This document shows positions 55,092 to 64,000 of a stretch of 64,000 nt of DNA, one piece after another. Numbering within the stretch: position 1 is the stretch's first letter; the number at the start of each line of letters is the position of its first letter. The translations under genes and the position numbers were made by a program. The notes below the pieces were generated by a model. The model was not told the DNA's origin and did not search any database. It saw nothing but the letters and a program-made list of their open reading frames with translations. Where the stretch lies: assembly GCF_009914755.1 (NCBI RefSeq), contig NC_060931.1. One strand, 5' to 3'. Source of the stretch: the human T2T-CHM13v2.0 reference genome, Homo sapiens.

Positions 55092-57044
55092 TTTTATCCC
55101 ACCCAAATCTTATCTCAAATTGTAATCCCCATGTTTCAAGGGAGGGACTTGGTGGGAGGTGATTGGAATATGGGGGTAATTTTCCCCCATGCTGTTCTCA
55201 TGATAGTAAGTGAGTTCTCAAAGGATCTGGTGGTTGTATAAGTGGTATTTATTTCTGCTCTGCCTCTCTCTTGCTGCCTAGTAAAGAAGGTACTTGCTTC
55301 TTCTTTGCCTTCCACCATAACTGTAGGTTTCCTGAGACCTCCCCAGCAATGCAGAATTGTGAGTAAATTAAACTTCCTTTCTGTATAAATTACCCATTCT
55401 CTGGTAGTAACTTTATAGTAGTGTGAAAACAAACTAATACAGAAAATTAATACAGGTAGTTTGGGGCACTGCTATAAAGATAGTTGAAAATGTGGAAGTG
55501 ACTTTGGAACTGGGTAATAGGCAGAGGTTGAAACAGTTTAGAGAACTCAGAAAAAAATAGAAAAATATGGGAAAGTTTGGAACTTCCTAGAGACTTGTTG
55601 AATGCTTTTGACCCAAATGCTAATAGTGATGTAGATGATAAAGTCCAGGCTGAGGTTGTCTCAGATGGAGATGTGAAACTTATTTTTAAAATGGAAGCAG
55701 AACATAAAAGTTTGGAAACTTTGCACCTGACCATGAGGTAGAATATAAAACCCCATTTTTTAGAAAGAAAATCAAGCCACTGCAGAAATTTACAAAAGTA
55801 AAGAGAAGCTGAATGTTAATAGCCAAGACAATGGGGAAAATGTCTTCAGGTCATGTCAAAGATCTGAGACAGGTTCTTCTATCACAGGCCAGGAACCCTA
55901 GGAGGAAGAAATGGTTTCATGGTCGAGGCCCAGGGAGGGCCCCACTGCTTTATGAAGCCTTGGGGCTGGGTGCCCTGCATCCCAGCTGCTCCAGATCCAA
56001 CTGTGGCTAAAAGGGGCCAAAGTACAGCTTGGGTTGTTTCTTCAGAAAGTGGAATCCTCAAGCCTTGGTGGCTTCCATGTGGTACTGGCCATGCATGTGC
56101 ACAGAAGACAAGAGTTGAGCTCTAGAAACCTCTGCCTAGATTTCAGAGGATGTATAAAAATGCCTGGATATTCAGGCAGAAGTCTTCCACAGGGTCAGAG
56201 CCCTCATGGATAACCTGTGCTAGGGCAATGCAGAAGGGAAATGTGGGGTTGGAGCCCTCATGCAGAGTCCCCACTGAAGCTGCCTACTGGAGTTGTGAGA
56301 AGGCCACTATACTCCAGACCCCTAAATAACAGATTCACCATGAGCTTGCACCATGCACCTAGAAAAGCCACAGGCACACAATCCAGTCCATAAAGGAGCT
56401 TCCCAAGGCCAGGAGGGCCCACCCATTGCATCAGCATGGCCCACATGTGAGACATGGAGTCAAATGAGAACATCTCAGAGCTTTAAGACTTAATGACTGC
56501 CCCATTGGAATTCAAACTTGCATGGGGCCTGTAGCTCTTTGGTTTTGGCCAATTTCTCCCATTTGTAGTGGGAGAATATATCTAATGCCTGTACCTCCAT
56601 TGTATCTTGGAAGTTACTAACTTGCTTTTGATTTACAGGCTCATAGGTAGCAGGGATTTGCCTTGTCTCAGATGAGACTTTGGACTTAGACTTTTGGGTT
56701 AATGCTAACTTAAGACTTGGGGGACTGTTGGGAAAGCATGTTTGGTTTTGAAATATAAAAAGGGCATGAGATTTGGAAGAGGCCAGAGGCAGAATGATAC
56801 TCATGCTGTTCTTGTGATAGTGAGTGAGTTCTCATGAGTTTGGATGGTTTTATAAGTGGTAATTTTTCCTGCTCTCCGTCACCTAGTGAAAAGGATACCT
56901 GCTTCTCCTTCACCTTCTCCCATTATCGTAAGGTTCTTGAGGCCTCCCAAGCCATGCTGAACTGTGAGTCAAATAAACCTCTTTCCTTTATAATTTACCT
57001 AGTCTTTGGTGTGTTCTTCAGCAGTGTGAGAATGCACTAATAGA
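55092..57044 (+). mobile_element. THE1C/D-like MaLR element: 5' LTR (55092-55441), internal region (55442-56794), deleted 3' LTR (56795-57044)
   Basis: cccacccaaatcttatctcaaattgtaatcccc...ctaataca; internal gtgactttggaactgggtaataggcagaggtt, cagagtccccactg, gggcatgagatttggaagaggccagaggcagaa|tgata. Confidence 0.88.
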
Positions 57045-57477
57045 CAAAGTAACTTAATAACAAAGGTGTCACTATTATCCTCAATTTACAAAAAAAAAAA
57101 AAGAAAAGAGCCAGAGAGAGAAATAACTTGCTCACAATAGCAGAGCCAGTATTAAAACAGTATCAACTTTAACTCCAGAGATAATACTCTTGAATAAAAC
57201 AATAAAAACACTTTCAAACAGAAAAGAAATTACTTTTAACATCCATTCTTAAAAATTTAACAAAAATGAAAATGGATACATTTGTATTGCTATATATTTG
57301 TATATATGTGAATGTATATTACAAATAAGAAATACTTCATATAAGCCAGAAAAAGATAATTATTTTAATGAATACAATGGAAAAGCAGTTCAATTAATTA
57401 TTATTTGCAGATGATATCTTTGTTTACTTAGAAAGACAGCAAAAGCAACTGAAAGGTGATTTTAGAAATCTATTCAG

Positions 57478-57785
57478 GTGGGTAGGGAAAATTCTCAGAT
57501 GACCCTCAGGTTCCCACTTCAGTGCACACCTGCTGTGTAATCCTTTTCTCTTGAGCATCACAAAATGTGTGTGACTGTGGCAAAACAGTATTCACGTATT
57601 TATATTACTAATGTATTGGCTTCCTTTTTATCATACAAGTGATTATCTTGATTAGGCTAAACTTAATCAGAGGTGCTTTAAGAGAAAGAGCACATCATAG
57701 AAAAATATCCCTGCTTCCCTGAAATTAATCAAACTTCTTGGTAAGCAATGTCGTAAAGTGTTTATGGTGGCCAGATGGCAAGGTA
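57478..57785 (+). mobile_element. MLT1-like LTR remnant
   Basis: gtgggtagggaaaattctcagatgaccctc...gtgtaatccttttctcttgag. Confidence 0.5.
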
Positions 57786-58135
57786 TATATTTGTATATTG
57801 TCTACATTTCTGCCTTCAACATATTACTTTCAGTAAGGAGAATAGGAGGATCTCATTGCAGAGGAAAAAGAAGGGATCTCATTTATGCAAGAAATAATCA
57901 CCCCTCATCTGGGACAGCTTAAGAAAAACAGAGAACAGATCATGACCTCATCAATGGGAAATAAAGGCAACTTGGTTGAAAGGGCTCCCTGGCGTTATGA
58001 AGCAATGTCTACACAGCTGAAGTAAATGATCAGCCTCTGGGATACCAATAGTCTACCAACAAGGCCGTATTCATTTTCATTCTGATTGCATTAGCACTTC
58101 TGCACCATTCTGGTAACTCGGATTTACATATTTCA

Positions 58136-58582
<447 letters not shown>

Positions 58583-59386
58583 CTAACTTTAGACTATTCT
58601 ACTATTCTATACTACAATATTGAACTTTGATCATCGTAACATGAACATTTCGTGAATGCATAAGTTGTTATGTAGATAGGTTCTCTTTTAGATTAACACA
58701 ATAAGACAATTAGAGCAAACAATTAGAAAAAGCATTTGAAATCAAATAAAAGTCATCAGATCCACATCTTTCAATGGCTTGGCATAATTGCCATGTTCTT
58801 TGAAAGAAGCAAAGACAAGATTTTGGCTTAGCCCAATTATTAAGTCCTTGACCTTTTGAAATCTAATATCCTGGCTAAAAAAAACAGTAGGGAATATTTT
58901 TTGGGTGGCTGTCTAAAGTGTCCAAGGCAATATGAGAAGAATTTTAATAGTTAAGTAAGAAAATGCATACCACATACACACATTACTCTTCTCTACTTTG
59001 CTCTAACATTGAAAGATTAGAAATTGCAAATCTAGTCCCTCAATTTCGGGTAAATTAGCAAAAGATTCATATTTCAGCTGAGCAAATTGTTGTATGAAAC
59101 TTATAGGTAACAGATGCCATTATCTGCAAAACACAAAATAGTATGACTAGATCCAGTAACTATCTAGCCATGCAAATGATAGACCAATTAGATTAAGATC
59201 CTAACAGGTGCAGGTAGAAAGCATTTATGTGCAATGTTGTGACCCTTCCCCAAAGACGTTTTTCTGACTCCTTACAGAGATACCAATTTTTCTGAATGAC
59301 TCAGAGTGAATACTGGGAACTGAGAATGCTCAGTGTTCAGAGTTGATTACTGGGAACATATTTAACACATTTCTTCGATATTATGA

Positions 59387-59851
<465 letters not shown>

Positions 59852-61357
59852 TGAATGAGATCAAGTCTTCCTTAGCTGAGAATTGTATTTCATCAGTAAA
59901 TTTAGAAGAAAATAATAAATGTGTTTACTTTAGACCATATAACAGTGTTTGCCACATGGGACCAATTCAAACAAGGGCTCTTCATCATTACTCTTAAAGT
60001 AGCAATAGCACCACATCCATTTCCTGGTACCAGCCAGCCTGTTTTTCACTGATATGAAGTGCAGAAGGCATTGAAACAGTGAAGAAGGGTGATATAAATG
60101 GAATACTTATATGAAGTACAATTGTTAATAAAAAGTAGCATTTGATATTATACGACTATAGGTAAGATGATTAGTATGAGATAAAAATATTTTTACTTTA
60201 ATTGACAGAATATCTTAATCCACATTATTTCTATTTCAAATAATTTTTTTGCTCTATATTTGCTGCCTTTTTATTTGCTATTACCTGAGCTCAATAAGAA
60301 TCAACAAAATGAATCTTTATTTTACCACAAGAATTTTATTCATGCATATGCTTAATTTGCTGAAAACATGTTAGCTTTCCATGAAAGATTTATACTTTTA
60401 TTGTGTCATTCTTTGCCAAGAAGTGGCTGTCCTGGCAGAAAACTGCTATTTCTGAGCTCTGCTCACTTTGACTCTGCTCAGCATAGTGACTGGAAGTGAT
60501 GTGTGGATAAAAAGCAAATGTGTCTTCTTTGCATCTTTTTTGATCTATTGGCTTTAGAAACAGGAGAATGTGGATAGAAAATTTAGAAAAAAATCTAATC
60601 TCCAAATAATCATGAAGAAGTTTTTTTAACCAGAAGTAAACCAAAGGGGAAGGTGGTGTGTGCATAAAATGTATTATTTTGCTAAGCCTTTGAAATTGTA
60701 GGGTTTATTAGTATGACAACCTGCATTGCTTTAACAAACATATTAGTCTTTTAGTTTTAATTCTTCTGGATATGATTCAATTTCCTGATGAATCTGAACT
60801 GAGAGGAGAATAACTTACTTGTTAAAATTAAAGACACAGGAAAAATTATGTTGACTAATATAAGATAGCCAAAAAGAGACAGACAAAACAGAAAGTAAAA
60901 TGATGTTCTTCAGACACGGAAAAGAGAGAAGGAGAAGACAGTTTATTGAACATTAGATTGTACTTTTCAAAGATAAAATTATCTAGAGATTTGTTTCATA
61001 TAATATAAATATACTTAAAAGTACTAAACATATAGCTTAAGTATATAACTTTAAAATGTTTAAGATGGTAATTTTATGTTTTTAATCACAAATATTTACA
61101 ACTCTCAAAAAATAGTTGTATTTTTCAAAAATTACTTCAAATATCAAGTGTTTTTCTCACACAATAACATAGATTCAAACAACAAATAGACAGTAATTTT
61201 AGACTGCCTTTCTGACTACTCATCCAGACAATAGAACACTGACAACCACCTGAGAAAAGAAATAAACAAGATAATTAATAAAGAAAATGGATCAATATTT
61301 ATACACGCAAATATCACATAAATAACTTTTATAGGCAATAGAAATGTCTGACTTACG

Positions 61358-61656
61358 GGGCTGGGCGTGGTGGTTCATGCCTGTAATCCCAGCACTTTGG
61401 GAGACTGAGCCAGGTGGATCATGAGGTCAGGAGTTCAAGACCTGCCTGGCCAGCATGGTGAAATGCCATCTCTACTAAAAATACAAAAAATTAGCCAGGC
61501 ATGGTGGTGCGCACCTGTAGTCCCAGCTACTCAGGAGGCTGAGGCAGGAGAATTGCTTGAACCTGGAGGCAGAGGTGGCAGTAAGCCTGGATCCTGCCAC
61601 TGCACTCCATCCTGGGTGACAGAGCGAGACTCCGTATCCAAACAAACAAACAAAAA
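61358..61656 (+). mobile_element. Alu (AluS-like)
   Basis: Full Alu; agaaat.tctgactta duplication. Confidence 0.9.
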
Positions 61657-61730
61657 TAAGAAATATCTGACTTATGCTTGTTTTTTAAAATTTGCTCCAA
61701 GTGAAACCCAGGGATTTATATTTGAGTTAA

Positions 61731-62036
<306 letters not shown>

Positions 62037-62911
62037 TAAACACCGCATTTTTATAAATAATACAGAGTGAAAATTACTTTCCACATCATAAATGTAACGT
62101 TAAAAACAAAAACACAATTTAATCATCAAAAGAAACCTGTACGAAAAAATTGCAGTATAATGGACTTAAAAACAAAAATAAAACATGTTGACCTATAAAA
62201 TATGGAATATTAGCGTAGATGTATGAGAAAATAATTTTTTAAATAACTACAGTTTTCAAATATGACTATGAACTTATGAAAATCTGGCATTTTTAATTAT
62301 TGGCATGCAATGTATAGTAGTAAATTTCCACAAAAAAATACATTAGAAGAATTAGTAAAAAGTCTAATGAAAATGGAACCTTTTAAAGTATTTAAAAGAT
62401 ACTAGGTAAAGTTATTTATGTTATTAATATATTATTGCTATTACACAAAATGTAAGATCTACAATACAACCATATGAACACAAGAAAATAATATTCCAAA
62501 GTAAAAACAATATAATTTTTTAGAATACTGTGAGATTATATATAAAATAAATATTGGAATTAAATTATATCATTATTTAGGTATAGGTGGAGAAAAATGA
62601 ATAAAATACTAATGACACCTGTAATGGTGGTGCATGAATTACTTTTAACTTAGGGATAAAAGCTACAAGACAAAAGTATTCAAAATACATATAGCTTAAA
62701 TAATTTATTATGAGATACACAATATAAAAAATGTAAAGTGTGACATAAATCATGTATTGAAGAGAGTAAACCTGTTGAGTCTTTCTATGCATCGAAGTAG
62801 AATTGTTATTATCGTAAGCTAGAGTATTATATCTATGAGATGTGTTATGTAAATCTCTTGGTAACTAAATGAAAATTTGTACTATACACACAAAAGAAAA
62901 AGGAATCAAGC

Positions 62912-63210
62912 GGCCGGGCGCGGTGGCTTATTCCTGTAATCCCAGCACTTTGGGAGGCGGAGATGGACAGATCACCTGAGGCCGGGAGTTCGAGACCAGC
63001 CTGACCAACATGGAGAAAATCCACCTCTAGTAAAATACAAAATTAGTCAGATGTGGTGGCAAGTGCCTGTAATCCCAGCTATTCGGGAGGCTGAGGAAGG
63101 AGAATTGCTTGAACTTGGGAGATGGAGGTTGAGTTGGTGCCATTGCATTCTAGCCTGGAAAACGAGAGTGAAACTCTATCTCAAAAAAAAGAAAAAAGAA
63201 AACAAAAGAA
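62912..63210 (+). mobile_element. Alu (AluSp-like)
   Basis: Full Alu. Confidence 0.88.
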
Positions 63211-63321
63211 AGAACAGAAATGGGAATCAAAGCATATAACAACAAAAGCAAAAAAAAAAAAAAAAAAAAAAAACAAGAAAACACAAGAAAAGAGAGCATG
63301 AAAAGAAAACCAAAGACATTA

Positions 63322-63373
63322 TTTTGTTGGTGCAAAAGTAATTGCGGTTTTTGCCATTAAAAGTCATGGCAAA
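63322..63373. mobile_element. MADE1 mariner MITE, partial
   Basis: gttggtgcaaaagtaattgcggtttttgccatt matches the Hsmar1/MADE1 terminal inverted repeat. Confidence 0.8.
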
Positions 63374-63423
63374 TCAATAATTTTTTAAATATCAAATAAT
63401 TTAATTATCTAATAAAAACACAT

Positions 63424-63762
63424 CACTATGGTTTGAATGCCCCCTTTAAAATTCATGTTCAAATTTAACTGCCATCGTTATAAAATTATAAATTAGACCT
63501 TTAAGAAGATACTAGGTTCTGAGGGATCTACTCTCATGAATGAATTAATGTCATTGTTTCCAGAGTGGGTTAGCTGGCAGGAAATTGGGTCTATTATAAA
63601 AGTAAGCTCTCTTATGTTCACCTTCTCTCATCCTCATGCCTTTGGCCATTTTGTGATGTGGAAATCTGATTCTCATCAGATGTCAATGGCATGCTCTTGG
63701 ACTTCCATAATCTAAAACTGTGAGCTATGTAAACTTCTATTCTTTATAAAATACCAATTCTA
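63424..63762 (+). mobile_element. MaLR LTR (MSTC/MSTD-like)
   Basis: ctatggtttgaatgccccctttaaaattcatgtt...catgctcttggacttcc. Confidence 0.7.
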
Positions 63763-64000
63763 AGGCCGAGCGCTGTGGATCACACTTGAATCCCAGCACT
63801 TTGGGAGGCTGAGGCGGCTGGATCACCTGAGATCAGGAATTCGAGACCAGCCTGGCCAACATGGTGAAACCCCTTCTCTACTAAAAATACAAAATTTAGC
63901 TGGGTGTCATGGCAGGTGCCTATAATCCCAGCTACTCAAGAGGCTGAGGTGGGAGAATAGCTTGAACCCGGGAGGGGGAGGTTTCAGTGAACTGAGATGG
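63763..64000 (+). mobile_element. Alu (runs off the window end)
   Basis: ggccgagcgctgtggatcacac... Confidence 0.9.

Overview
Primate (very probably human) repeat-rich genomic DNA, with a gene/pseudogene content that fits the chr7 pericentromeric KRAB-zinc-finger segmental-duplication region. The main locus is a + strand, four-coding-exon KRAB-C2H2 gene of the ZNF479 type (ATG 38899; KRAB-A 44512-44638; KRAB-B 45117-45212; last exon from 50081). It carries a single 1-nt deletion at ~50236 that uncouples an intact KRAB domain from an intact 11-finger array; it is most likely ZNF733P. The window opens in a processed ARAF pseudogene (- strand, 1-141) that the ORF track misses. The intervening 38 kb is a patchwork: a 3'-truncated L1PA7/8-like LINE, ERV1 internal and env remnants, a scrambled L1, the 3' end of a second (- strand) ZNF gene, a 6.5-kb GC-rich block of unidentified origin, and a half MER41 provirus. 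The MER41B LTR keeps a perfect GAS (STAT1) site about 2.1 kb upstream of the ZNF start codon. About 40 Alus, several MaLR LTRs, a THE1 element, hAT/mariner MITEs and AT-rich repeats fill the rest. No prokaryotic features are present. The most interesting hypothesis, untested, is that this 'pseudogene' is an interferon-responsive unit producing an NMD-escaping KRAB-only protein and/or a KRAB-less finger protein, with an optional inverted-Alu dsRNA 3' UTR. Repeat subfamily names and gene symbols come from recall of consensus sequences, not from a search, and repeat boundaries are approximate.
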